Positions 29,183 through 43,453 of a stretch of DNA of 64,000 nucleotides are shown here, in pieces. Positions within the stretch are counted from its first letter, which is position 1; every line of letters begins with the position of its first letter. The stretch is from contig JBODTK010000015.1 of the NCBI GenBank assembly GCA_050613775.1, positions 1,240,001 to 1,304,000 of the forward strand, in the 5' to 3' direction. The position numbers and the translations under genes are program-made. The notes beneath the pieces were generated by a model that did not search any database, was not told the origin of the DNA, and saw nothing but the letters and a program-made list of their open reading frames with translations. The DNA is from Neocallimastix sp. 'constans'. Its lineage: Eukaryota.

Positions 29183-30799
29183 TATAATATTTAATAATTA
29201 ATTAAAGTTAGAATAAAATTATTAAAATTTATTATCATATCAGTATGCCATTCTTTATTTAGTATATTTTATTATATAATTAGAGAATAGCCAATAATGA
29301 ATCATCTATTAAACATTCCTTTTCAATAAAATTATTGTATATGAATTCCACTCTTTTTTAAACTTTCAAACTGGAAAATAAATAAATAAAAAAAATTCAT
29401 TTTAACCAATAATCTCATAGATTTTACTCATCATCTTTTCAAATAGATTATTGGCCAATAATATTCTTAGTAAGGATCATGCTTATCTGGATTAAAATTT
29501 TTATTTTGGTAAAAAACTTTAAAATTTTTCCTTTCATAAAATTTAAAAATATATATAAATTAAATTAAATGAAATAGAAAAATTACAATAAATATAGAAA
29601 TAAATATAAGAAACAATATAAAAATTAAATAAATACAATTTCTACTTTTTATTAATTACAATTTAAACAGAAATCATTTATTATAATAAATAGTTTTTAA
29701 GGAAATTGTTAACATTAATATTTTATATAAATATTGTTTTTCTCTTAACTTTTTTTTTTTAATATATAATTAATATATATTTTTAATTAGAGAAGTTGAA
29801 AAATAAAATAATATATTATTATGAAAATACATTATGATATATTATGATAAATTATAATAAAATAAAATATATCAAATTAATAATATTAAAATTATACAGA
29901 AATCAAGAAACGCCAAGTTAAGTAACTATTTTTAAATATAAAAAAAAAATAAAAAAAAAAAATTAAAATTTAATATTTAAAATTTTTAATTTATTCTTTA
30001 ATGATCTTAAAAGAAAAAATTAAGAAATAATGTGTAAATAAAATAAAAATAAAAAAGAAAAATTTAAATTTCTAAAAATAGAAATCATATATTATTAAAT
30101 TTAAACTTATTTTTTTTTATATATATTCTTAACTCTTATTCCATTATTTTTTATTATTCGGAATGGTTTAATATTTTATTACTACTTTTTTTATTTGTTA
30201 TTATTATTATAATATATTAAATCATTGAGAATAATATTTTTATTATCAAAATTATAAAAAAAAAAAAAATTACATTACACTAAAAATTAAATAGCTAAAT
30301 TATTATATAAATAATCTATCCCTATAATAATAATATAGTGATCAATTTTTTCTTCTAAAGTATTTTTAATAAAAACTTTAGCTCCGCCTAATAATATTGT
30401 AATTATAGAAGATATTGGCAATTACTTTAGATGTCCAAGAAAACAATAAAAAGAAAAAGTATAAATTTAAAAACAAGAATTAAATAAAATTAAAATTCTA
30501 CAATTTTATTAGATATTTTGAATTATAGATAATATTATATTTTAAATAAAAAAAAAACTATTTTTAAATTTTATAAAAAGAATTAAATACACATTCATAT
30601 AATTAAATTAAAAATATTTTCCATTTATAATAAATTATAAATTTAATTATATATTATGCTTTTACTGTTAAATTTTATATGTTAATTATAATATATAATA
30701 TAATAAATTGTATTAGCATTGCATTTTATAATTAATAATTAATATATAATATTTTTTTTTCTTTTTTTTTTTTTTTCATTGAAAAATTATAAAAAACTA

Positions 30800-30932
30800 T
30801 TTATTATTTATTATTTATTATTTATTATTTATTATTTATTATTTATTATTTATTATTTATTATTTATTATTTATTATTTATTATTTATTATTTATTATTT
30901 ATTATTTATTATTTACTATTTATTATTTATTA
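30800..30932 (-). repeat. (TTATTTA)n heptamer block
   Basis: Direct reading; same unit as the other blocks. Confidence 0.9.
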
Positions 30933-32814
30933 TAAAGTGAAATAAAATCATAATTATCATTAAATGAAATTATTGGGAATAATAAATAAATTTTTTATTT
31001 TTGAAGACTTTAATAATACAATAATGCATTTATTAAATATAAATAAAATAATAAAATAAAATATTAAATAATAATAATAATAAAAGATTCAATAAAAAAA
31101 ATCTAACAAATTAATGTTATGAATACTTGAAAAAATTAATGATATAATTAATATATAATCTATATATGGAAGTTTTTTTTTTTTTTCACCTTTTTAATAT
31201 AATCTGTCAAAAGTAGAAAAAAAATAAAGTACATTAATTTACATATATGTATATATATTAGTAATATGTCAAATAAGAAAAATAATAATAATAATAAGTA
31301 TTTTAGTTATTTAAATGTTAATCTATATATATGAATGAGTGTTATTAAATGTCATCTTTCTATATATATGAATGTTATGAAATGTCAAAGTATGTTGCTT
31401 TTCAATTTCATCCATAGATTTGACGAAATGGTAAAATATAAAATTATAATTTGTTTAAATTTTTATATATAAATAGTGGATCAAATTATTAAAAGTATTT
31501 TATTATTATTTTTTCTTACTAAATTCTTAAGAATATAAAAAAAAAAAAAAAAAAAAAATGAAATATTACAAATATAAATAATTTATAATTCATTTATAAT
31601 ATATTTCTAATAATGAAAAAAAAAATTAAGCCAATAAATTTTATGAATATTGCATGAGATTTTAAAACAAAATTATAAGAAAAAATTTAAATATAGTTTA
31701 ATTTTCTAACATTTAATTAATAAAATTAACAATAATAATAATAATAGTAATAATAATTAAATAAAATAATTTTATATTATCTTTTTATTGGCATTTTTAT
31801 AAAAAATGAAAAATTAATTTCATAGATTTGTCATTAATAATAATTGATAATTAAAATAAGGAAATATAATACAAAAAAAAAAAAAAAAAAAAAAAAATAT
31901 TAAGAAATTGCATTATTTATTATTAAATAATATAATTATAATATAATTATAGGTAATATAAGATAATTAAAACTTTTATTATTAGGATTTTTATATTGTC
32001 CTTTTGTAGAGATGATTATAAAAACAAATTATAATATAGAATAAAAATAATTACAAAATATATTATTATAAGGTATTATATGAAATCAAAAATTGATGTC
32101 ATTTTATTAATTTATATCGAATATATATATTTTTTCGTTTTTTTTTTATTTTACTTTTTATATAATCTGTCAATGTGAGAATAACGAATTCTTTTTTATT
32201 ATGACATCAATATTATATTTTCCTATGTACTAACACAATGTCAAACCAAATAATCAATATAGTTTTTTCTTTTTTAACTGATATTTTTTCTTTTAAATAT
32301 CAATCAATATATCACGAGTCTTTAAAGCATAAAATTATATGTTTTAAAAATGTTTAGATACATGTTTTAATATGTCGAAATAAAGTATAAAATTGTAAAT
32401 TATTTTAAATATATATTATGATTCGAATTATTATAAATATTTATTATTTAATTAATTATTGAAATAATTATAATAATAATAAGCAATTAAGTGTGTAATT
32501 ATAAAAAGAAATTAAAATATTTATATATTTATAATATTATTAATATATAATATATATATAAATATATACATATATATCAAAAATATAAAAAATATTAAGC
32601 CAATAAATTTTATGTATATTGCATGCGTTTTTTTTTTTTCTTTCAAAAAAAAAAAGATAGAAATGAATATAAATTCTGTATAATTTAATTAATGAAATTA
32701 ATTTAAATATTATTAAATGATATTTTATATATATATATTATTAAATATTAATAAATATAAATATGATAATAATTATTATAATATTTATTATATAAATATT
32801 ATAATAATTTAAAG

Positions 32815-32947
32815 GGGAGTGTTGCATTTCCCCAAATTGCATTTCGACAAGTGGAGTAGTATTAAAATGTTACATTTCCTGAAGTTTCATTTCGCCAGGT
32901 TGCATTTCAATTTGGCGAAATACAATTTGGCGAAATGCCCCACACCC
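32815..32947. mobile_element. 133-bp MITE-like element with ~36-bp imperfect terminal inverted repeats and internal ~15-bp subrepeats
   Basis: Left end gggagtgttgcatttccccaaattgcatttcgacaa versus reverse complement of the right end gggtgtggggcatttcgccaaattgtatttcgccaa (30/36 identical). GC-rich island in AT-rich DNA. No clear target-site duplication. Confidence 0.8.
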
Positions 32948-33554
32948 ATAGTATAATATTTATTATAATTAAATATTACTGTCAATTAAAATATTAATTT
33001 AATTAATGTTTAAATATTCACATTTTATTTTATATTTTTATATTAATATTATATTTTTATATTCTTATATTATTATCAATATTATATTCTTATCTTATAT
33101 TAATATTTTATTATTATATTTTTATGTTGTGTAACATCTATCTTTGTGCATTAATTCATAGAATAATCACATGATTAAAGATGTAATTTTTATTATAAAA
33201 AATAATTATTTTTATTATCTTAAAAAAACGAGTTCTTAAAATTAATAAAATTTATGTATTAAATAAATACAAAAATTAAATAAAGTTTATTATAAAAACA
33301 CATATACTTTTCTCAATTAATATCATTAGGGTTAGTTTTAGTATTATTAAATTTTTATAAATATTTATTATTATTATAATCTTAATTATTTTATATAATG
33401 ATTTATTATTTATATATTATATTTTCTTTGAATCAATTTTTAAAAAACGTTACTTTATTATTATTACAATTATTATTATTATTATTTACATATAAAAGTA
33501 TATTAATTATATAACTTAAATATAGATATTGAAAATGCTTTTATTATTAATTAC

Positions 33555-33635
<81 letters not shown>

Positions 33636-34540
33636 CTATTCAAATAATAAATATATATTTTCTTCGAATCAATTTTTAAAAATTGTTACTTTATTTTTAT
33701 AATATTAAAGTTTGCATAAAATAAATATCATGTGCTATCATTTACTGATCATAAAATAATAGAATAAATACATATATTTTTATTATATGTTGTTGATAAA
33801 TCTAACCTTTTCTAATTAATTAATAACAGTTTTAAAATTATTTTTTATTGAATATAAAAAAATATATATTTATTTTTTAAAAATTAATATATTTTTATCA
33901 TTAAATAGAAGTTTTTAATTAATTATGAATATTAATAATAAGACTTATATACTTTTTATCATTACTTTATTTACTATTATTTTATTACTTTTCTTATTTT
34001 ACATCATTTTTATATCATATAATATTTCTTTAGTAAAATTATTATTAAATTTATTATTTTAAAAATAAATTTATTTTTCATTTTGAATTTCTTAGAATTT
34101 CTAGAATATTATTAAATAAAAAAATAAAAAAAGTAAACATGATCATTAATGTTATTAAGTTAACAAAACTTTATAGAATGAACGAAAACTTACCTAATCA
34201 AATAAATCAAATAAATAAATATATACTTTAAAAAAAATTTTTTTTCTTTTTAATTAATTATTTTACTTCTATAATTAATAATATGAATATAATCATAGCA
34301 ATAATAATAATATTGATTATTAATATTACTAATCACAGCCAACTCTTTACTACTGTCAAGTTACAAAACTTTAAAAAAAAAAAAAATTTAATCATATTTA
34401 GTAATATAAATAATAATGTTAATAATTTAATAATGAAAACATTATTAATATGTTAACAATTAATCAAAACGTATTTAAAAAAATTAAAGTTGAGGTTAGT
34501 TAATAAAATATTATTATTAATAATTTTTATTATATTATAG

Positions 34541-34572
<32 letters not shown>

Positions 34573-35111
34573 CATTTTAAATTTTTAAAGTTTATTAACG
34601 AATGACCATAAATATAAAAAATAAAATTACTGCGAATGAAATTTTTTAATTAAATATATAAAATTTATTATTTATAATTAAATAATTAAAAAAAAAAAAA
34701 AAAAATACAAATTTATAAAAAATAATAATAATAACAATATTATTATTATTATTATTAATATGAAAAGTAGATTAAAAAAAAAATAAAAAAAAAAATAACA
34801 GAAAAACAAAAACAAAAAACAAAAAAAAAATTTTTATTCTATTATAAATACTATTTATTTTATTATTAAATATATTTATTTTATTATTAGTTTAAACATT
34901 TTTAATTTTTTTTTTTTATTTATTTTACATCTTTTATTTTTACTTTTTTTTTTAAAAAAAAAAATAAAAAAAAGAAAGAAAGGAAAAAAAAAATTATAAT
35001 ATATAATATCATAAAAAAAAAATAAAAAAAAAAATTAATAAAAAAATAAAAATAATAAAAAAATAAAAAATAGTAATAATATTAAGTTGAACATTTATAT
35101 ATATATATACC

Positions 35112-35984
35112 ATGAGCTCCTATCTTTATCAATCCACAACGGATTCACCGACATCAAATCTTGAAACCTCCCAATCCATTACCAATTCAAATTCGGCATC
35201 ATCCCCACCAGCATATCTTGCATTATTTAATAATACTAATATAAAAAGTAGGAAAAAGCCTCTATTAATTCAAAGCCAAATTACCAAAGAACCATTAGCT
35301 TGCGATATTATCAAACAAGCACGTGCTTCATTGAAGCATCCAACACGACCCGTGACACCTTCTGAGAGAAGGAAGTCCCCCTTCATTAATAAATTTTATC
35401 CATATTTACCTGAAACTCATAAAAATATCAGTCATACTGCTACCAATTTCAGTGTTCCTCATAAACCAAAAAAAAGCAATTCTGGTGCAATAAGAAATAT
35501 CAATAATTTAAATAATGAAATGTAAAATAACAGTAATAATAATAATAATAAATAAAGAAATAATATTTTTTACTAAAGAATTTTTTTATACATCTTTTTT
35601 TTTTTTTTTTTTTTTTTTTTGTATATTAATTTGATATTTATATTATAATTATGATATCTTATATTTAAATATTTATATCTATTTCAACAACAACCACAAC
35701 CACAACCACAACAACAATAATAATATATTTTTAGAAAATATATATCAAGACCATATCGACTTAAACCAATTAATCCAGATTCATTAAAAAAGGTAAAAAG
35801 GAAAAAAAAAATAACAAATAAAAAAAAAAAGAATTTTAATAAGAATAAGAATAACAATATTTCAATAAAAATAAGAAGGGTTTATATATATATACATTTA
35901 CCTTATTACATTAAAATTACTATTTTTTTTTGTTTTAATATTCTTTGATATATATAATTTATTTAAAAAATTTATAACTATATC

Positions 35985-36015
<31 letters not shown>

Positions 36016-37907
36016 AAGTTACATTTTCCACAAAATAATAATGAATTTAATACCAATAATATATTTGAAAATTCTTATCAAAGTCTCAATAATTTATTTA
36101 TCAATGACCATAAATTAAAAAAAAATAATAATACATTTGAACATGAAAATGAGCATGAGCATGAACACGAAAATAATAATAATTTAAATAAAAGGATGGA
36201 AGAGTTAACATTAAATGAAAGTGTTGTAGCAGGTCATAATCATAAGAATCAGGATAGAGTTTTAACCACATCCGAACTTATTATATCATTAATTCGATAC
36301 CCATTAACCGATTTAAAACCAGAAGAAAAAAATAATTTAATTAAAGTTATCAATGAAATAATAAAAAATCATAATTTTTCATTACCAACCTTATCAAAGA
36401 TTAATCATTGGAAGACAAAACCTATTCATGCACAATTTATTATTGACTGTTGTGGTCATATTTTAAGTGTAAGAAAAAGAAGAAAAAAATAAATTAATAT
36501 ATATAATTTTATTTTTTTTTTTAAAATAAAAATATAATTGATAAAAAAAAATTTTTTTTTTATTAAAATAAAAATAAAAAAACAAAAAAGAAGAATTATA
36601 ATTAATATTATTTATAAATTATTTATATTATAAAATATTAAATATTATTAATATAATAAAAAAAAATATGTATTTATATACATATATCTAAATTTTATAT
36701 TATAAACTATAATATATTAAATGTATTTATATAACAGAATACAACATCCATATTAATACATATAGGGGTCTGTAAAGTATTATTTAAATTAAGTAAAAAT
36801 GATGGAAATGACAGATTATTTGAGGAATATAATATTATAAGTAAATAATTTATTATTATAATAATCTTTTATATATCTATATATTTATATATCAAAATAT
36901 GAAGAAATACCATTTTAATGAATTCAAATTTAAATATAAATATATAATATATATAATTCAATATCTAATAAAAATAATCAATATATATATAATTATATTA
37001 TATTTATTTTATTTTATTTTATTTTATTTTATTTATTATTATTATTATTATTTTTTTTTTTTTCTCATAAGAACAACTCATGACTATCATATCATCTATA
37101 AACCCATTAGAGAATCATGACAACGAATTACTTATGCATCAGTATGATCTATTAATATATTCCACAGCAACTCTAAAAAATGTTTCTAATTCATTCGAAA
37201 ATCAAAATATTATTTATATGATGGATGGAACATCAATATTTAATAAAATTATACTGGTATAAAAAAATCATTTAATTTTTTTATAAAAAAAAAAAAAAAA
37301 ATTAGTTAAAAAGCTTAATAATGAAATGATAATATAAAATATATATTTATGAAATATATATTTATTAATTTTAAATTTTTTTATTATATAATAATGACAA
37401 CAATAACAATAACAATATAAATAATAAAAGATATTAATTAAAATACATAAAAATACAAATACTAAGTCATACCCAAATTTGAATAATAGACCTACTCAAA
37501 TATTAATACAGGTATTCTATTATAATATTTTAATTATAAAAAATAAATTAATAGATAAATATAAATATATTTATATAATATTTAACAAATTATTTGTCAA
37601 AAAACAAACAAACAAACAAACAACAAAAAAGATAACGGCGACCATAAGAAATCTTGTTACCAATGAATATGCACGTTCAATTATACTTAAAGATCAAATT
37701 ATTAAATCTTTATTTTTACTTTTAAATTCTTATTCTTTATTTAATAAATATGAGGAATTAGTACTTAATATATCAAGAATATTTAGGTAAAAATCATATC
37801 AATATTTATTTCTATATAAATTTTAATAGAATTAATTATTGGCTATTTAATAATAAATAAAATAAAAAAAAAAGTTATATTAATTTTCATATTTTATTAA
37901 TATTAAT

Positions 37908-37967
<60 letters not shown>

Positions 37968-38689
37968 TATTATAATTAATTAATTTGTAAAAAAAAATAT
38001 TAATATATAAATATATGTAGTAAACTTTCCTTATATTCAGAATTTCAAATTCAATTAGAAAATTCAACCAGTTCAATTATAACATTAGCCAAACTATTAC
38101 TAGCGCATTATACCAATAATGTAAATAATACATAATGATGATATTTATATTTTAATTTTTTTTTTTAATTTTAATTTAAACAATTTTAGTATTATATTAA
38201 TATTGAAGAAATTATTTAATTCTTTTCATGAAAATTATTATATTAATATATATTATTATTATTATCCTAAAATACATACATACATACATACATATATACA
38301 TATATATATAATAAAATCAATTAATTTATATCAAATCATATATATATATAAACAGCCTTTAGTTGTAAGAATTTGTTTTATATTAGGAAATCTATCATGT
38401 GAAAGAACATCATGCATTCCTGATATAATATTTGACTATATACCAGATCTTGTTCAACTCTTAGAGCTATTAGTAAGAAAAACCATTAATAAAGAAAAAA
38501 AATCTGAAGAAAGTGATTCTCAGGAAGAAAGCAATGAAAATGAAAACGAAAATGAAAATGATAAAATTATAAAAGAGGATCAATATTTAAAGGAAAAGGA
38601 AGAAGAAGATGTATTAATTAAGGTAATCATAATAATTCATAACTCATAATTATATATATATATATATATATATTAATTTAATTTAATTT

Positions 38690-38743
<54 letters not shown>

Positions 38744-39063
38744 AATAATAATAAATTATTTATAATACTTTATTAATACATGCATTTATATATTTATATA
38801 TGTATATTATCCCTTTTTTTATATATACATATATATACATATTATTTTATTTTAATTAAACTATAAAACAATATAATATGATCTACAGTTAATACGATTA
38901 ATTGCAAATATGGCATTAAATAATAAAGCTGGTCCAATAATTGCAGAAATCCCAGAGATAAAATGTCTTGTTGATTTATTCAGTATGTATAACATTATTA
39001 TGAGCGACATATTTAAAAATAATAGTATTTTAATATTAATATTAATATTAATATTAATATTAA

Positions 39064-39142
<79 letters not shown>

Positions 39143-39379
39143 TAATGTGAAATCATTAAATTATATATTCAAATATATATATACTTTTTTTTTATTCTAT
39201 TTTTATTCTATTTTATTTTATTTATTTTTTTATATTAATTGTTAAATATAGGAATTAGGAATATTAATGATAATGAAGAATTAATACTGAATATTGTTGG
39301 AGCTATTGCCAATATTTCATATTATAATATATCGAAAAACGAAATATTAGATCAAAGACTTATTATTGCAAAATGTAAA

Positions 39380-39470
<91 letters not shown>

Positions 39471-39513
39471 GTTATTATTATTATTATTATTATTGTTATT
39501 ATTATTATTATTA

Positions 39514-39548
<35 letters not shown>

Positions 39549-40129
39549 AATAAATATAATAAATGATATATATCTAAATTAATAAAAAAAATTTTTTTTT
39601 TTCTTTTTATTTAAAATTATATTTATATGAATATAATTTATTATCAATTTTTATTTATTATATACTATGCATTTATTAAAAGTATTATTACCATTACTAT
39701 TTCATGATAATGTGGAAGCCATTATTGAAGCATCAAGAGTATTTGGAAATATTACCCAATTTCAAGATGTTTGTGATTTTGCAAAGACATCCAAAGGTAA
39801 TATCTACATTATATGTTATAATATATATTTTTAATGTATATATAACAATCTATTTTTTTTTTTTATTTTTATTTTTATTTAGTTTTTTTTTGTTCTTTAT
39901 TTTCTTATTCTTATTATTTATAAATATTATATGATATTATAATTAATATTGCTTTATATATATATTAACTATATAATAATAATAATAAATATATAGCAAG
40001 TGAAATATTTGTAGTGCTATTGGATCATTCCAATCGTGACGTACTTTATAATATTTGTGGTATATTAATTAATTTAATTAATTATCAACATCATTGTGAT
40101 GTATATTTACAAAATGAAGGCGTTGAAAA

Positions 40130-40165
<36 letters not shown>

Positions 40166-40219
40166 TTATATATAGATATATAGATATATATTTATTATTA
40201 ATAACTAATTAATTAACTG

Positions 40220-40266
<47 letters not shown>

Positions 40267-40309
40267 CTTCTATCCTCTAAAATTATTGTAACAACAACAA
40301 CAACAACAA

Positions 40310-40344
<35 letters not shown>

Positions 40345-41363
40345 TTATTAGAAATATTAGAATTATGTATTAATATGTCAGATTTTGAATTAGCTAGCCT
40401 AATTTGTAAAATATTCTACAATTTATGGTAATTAATCTTTCTTTATATATATATATATATATAATTAATAAATATCTAAAAATAATATATATATATATAA
40501 TGAATATTAATTATTTATTAATCTAATACTACATATATATATATATATATATTTTTTTTTCTCTCTCTTTTAGTTTAACAGATAGTAATTGGGTTCAAAA
40601 AATTAGTAACAGTGATGATAAATTAATTCAACTTTACAATTTATTAGAAGTTTCTCAAGGTACTACAAATAATATATTTATATATTTGAACTAATAGAAT
40701 TCAATAAATACTAATGTATAATTCTTATTAATATATATACATTGAATTATGAAAATAAAACATATAATAATAATAAATAATAATAATAATAATAATAATC
40801 CGATACAATGAAATACAATACAACACAACATAAAACAACACAAACAAAAAATAGAATACCAATATTCCATTCCATTCATAAATGATTCAACTAATAAGAC
40901 AATGAATAACTATGAAAATAGGACTGAATTAAAGGAAGACAATATTGATTTATTACAAAATTCATCTATAACAGATGATTTCTTACATTATTTGGCAATA
41001 TCTACCAAATTAATGAATAAACTCATATTATATATAGAATATGCAGAAAGTCAACAAAATTATTACTTAATTAATGAACAAGATAATAATGATTATGAAG
41101 ATGTTGATGATGATGGTGAAGCCAGTGATGATGATGGTCAAAATAGTCTAGATAATGAAACATGCAATACTGAAGATGATGATGAAGTCGATGATGATGA
41201 TGATCAAAGAACAATAAAAAATGAAGTGGTATATTCTGAAGAAGAAGAAGAAAAATATGATGATGATGAAGTCGATGACTTTAACCAAAGAACAACAAAA
41301 AATGATATCTATGTTACAGAAAATGATATTTATATAACCGAAAATGATGAAAATGAATTATAA
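35112..41363 (+). CDS. ARMC2: Armadillo repeat-containing protein 2 homolog (ciliary/flagellar). 16 exons: 35112-35521, 35735-35792, 36019-36468, 36738-36840, 37072-37256, 37431-37511, 37632-37786, 38021-38120, 38356-38622, 38889-38982, 39252-39374, 39683-39796, 39997-40129, 40344-40427, 40574-40659, 40855-41363
   Basis: All junctions are GT..AG and phase-consistent. The N-terminal IIKQARASLKHPTRPVTP and the ARM segments VCKVLFKLSKNDGND, ILIQITATIRNL, EELVLNISRIFSKLS, LVVRICFILGNLS, DVLIKLIRLIANMAL, EELILNIVGAIANISYY, EASRVFGNIT and LLDHSNRDVLYNICGILINL match my recollection of the ARMC2 family. Acidic C-terminal tail. Confidence 0.85.
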
Positions 41364-41804
41364 TTGTTAATTATTAATTATTAATAGAATCCATAATATA
41401 ATATAATAATATTTAAAAAAAAAATTTAATATAAGCATATAATATAATATATTATATATAATATTATATTTAAATTTTTTTTTTTTTTTTTAATTTTAAA
41501 AAATGCAAATCTAAAAAAAAAAAAAAATAAAAAAATAAAAAAATAAAAAATAATAAAAAATAAAAAAATAAAAAATAATAAAAAATAAAAATAAAAATAA
41601 AATAAAAAAAATAAAAATAAAAATAAAAATAAAAAAAAAATACTAATAATAATAATTTTTAATAACATTCATAGAATCCATAATAATATAATAGTTTTTT
41701 TTTTTTTTTTTTAAATATATATATATTTTTAATACAAAAAATAAAAAATAGTTATAAATAAATATATATATATATAAATAAAAAAAAAATTAAAATAAAA
41801 AATG

Positions 41805-41835
<31 letters not shown>

Positions 41836-41987
41836 TAGAAAAAAATATAAAATAATAATTATTATTATTTTTTTTTAATCATTATTAAAATAAACTTTTA
41901 AATAATTTTTTTTTTTGTTTTAAATAATAACAAATAATTAAAATAAAAATTAAACTTTAAAAAAAATATTTAAAATGAAATATGATA

Positions 41988-42084
<97 letters not shown>

Positions 42085-42200
42085 CAAAATATATATTATT
42101 TTAAAAATAAAAATAAAAATAAATAAAAAAAAAAATTGAAAAATGAAAAATGAAAAATGAAAAATGAAAAAAAAAAAAAAAATTTTTTTTAAATATTTTA

Positions 42201-42247
<47 letters not shown>

Positions 42248-42374
42248 AAATGTTATATTTTTTTTAATATTATATGCTTTTATTATACAATTTTATTATT
42301 ATTATTATTATTATAAATTATTATTATTATTTTTTTAAAGATATATAAAGATAAGATAATAAATAAAAATAAGA

Positions 42375-42411
<37 letters not shown>

Positions 42412-42840
42412 ATAAATAAAATAAAAACATAAAAAATTTCAAAAAAAAAAAAAAAAAAAAAACCCATATACTTAGGTGGATTATTTATATGAGTATATAT
42501 TTTAAATTTTTTTGTAAAATTTAATTTATAAATCTTAAATAATCCTATTCATGGTAATTTTTTTTTTTTTTATAGTTAATATATTTATATATTACTATAT
42601 TATTATAGTATTAGTAATATATTTATTATTTTATTACTTTTTTTTCCTTATTTTTTTTCTTATTTTATTTTTATTTTATTTTATTTTATTTTATTTTTTT
42701 TTTTTTTATTTTATTTTATTTTTTATTTTTTATTTTTTTTTTTTTGTTATTATTGATAAATATTAAAGGCATTTTTTTTTTTTTTTTAAAAATTTTAATT
42801 TTTAATTATATATATATATACTTTTAGTTTATATTTTTTA

Positions 42841-42891
<51 letters not shown>

Positions 42892-43017
42892 ATTATTATT
42901 TTTCAAAAATAATTTATTACTTTACTATTATTTGTTGTTTATTTTTTAAATAAATGTTATTAGTTTTTTTTTTTTTTTTTTGGCTGGTATTGTTTTTGAT
43001 TATTATTATTATTATTA

Positions 43018-43048
<31 letters not shown>

Positions 43049-43453
43049 TTATTTTAATTTTACTGTTATTATGATTATACTTTATTTTGTTTTATTAACT
43101 TTTTTTTTTTTTTAATATAAATTATAAATATATTAATAGATTTAATTGTAAATAATAAATATATTAATAAAAATAAAAAATAAAATAAAATAAAAATAAT
43201 AAAAAAAATAATAAAATAATAAATATAAAGGTTAACATAAATTTTTATTATATTAATAATATTTATATCAAAAATAAAAAAAAAAATATTAATTATATTT
43301 CATAAAAATTTATATATATATTTTTATATTATTTAAATTTATTTATTAAAATTAGTATTATTATTATTATTTTTATTAATACTTTACTTTATTATTTTAT
43401 TTTATTTTATTTTTTTTTTTTTTTTTTATCATTATTATTGTTTTAAATAAAAA

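Noticed and set aside
35320..35327. CACGTG (Pho4-like E-box)
   Set aside because: It lies inside ARMC2 exon 1, 7.5 kb from the PHO84 start, and is explained by Ala-Arg-Ala codons.
38910..39566. Poly-Leu, poly-Tyr and poly-Ile ORF tails
   Set aside because: Read-through from ARMC2 exons into (TTA)n intronic microsatellites; GT donors precede them.
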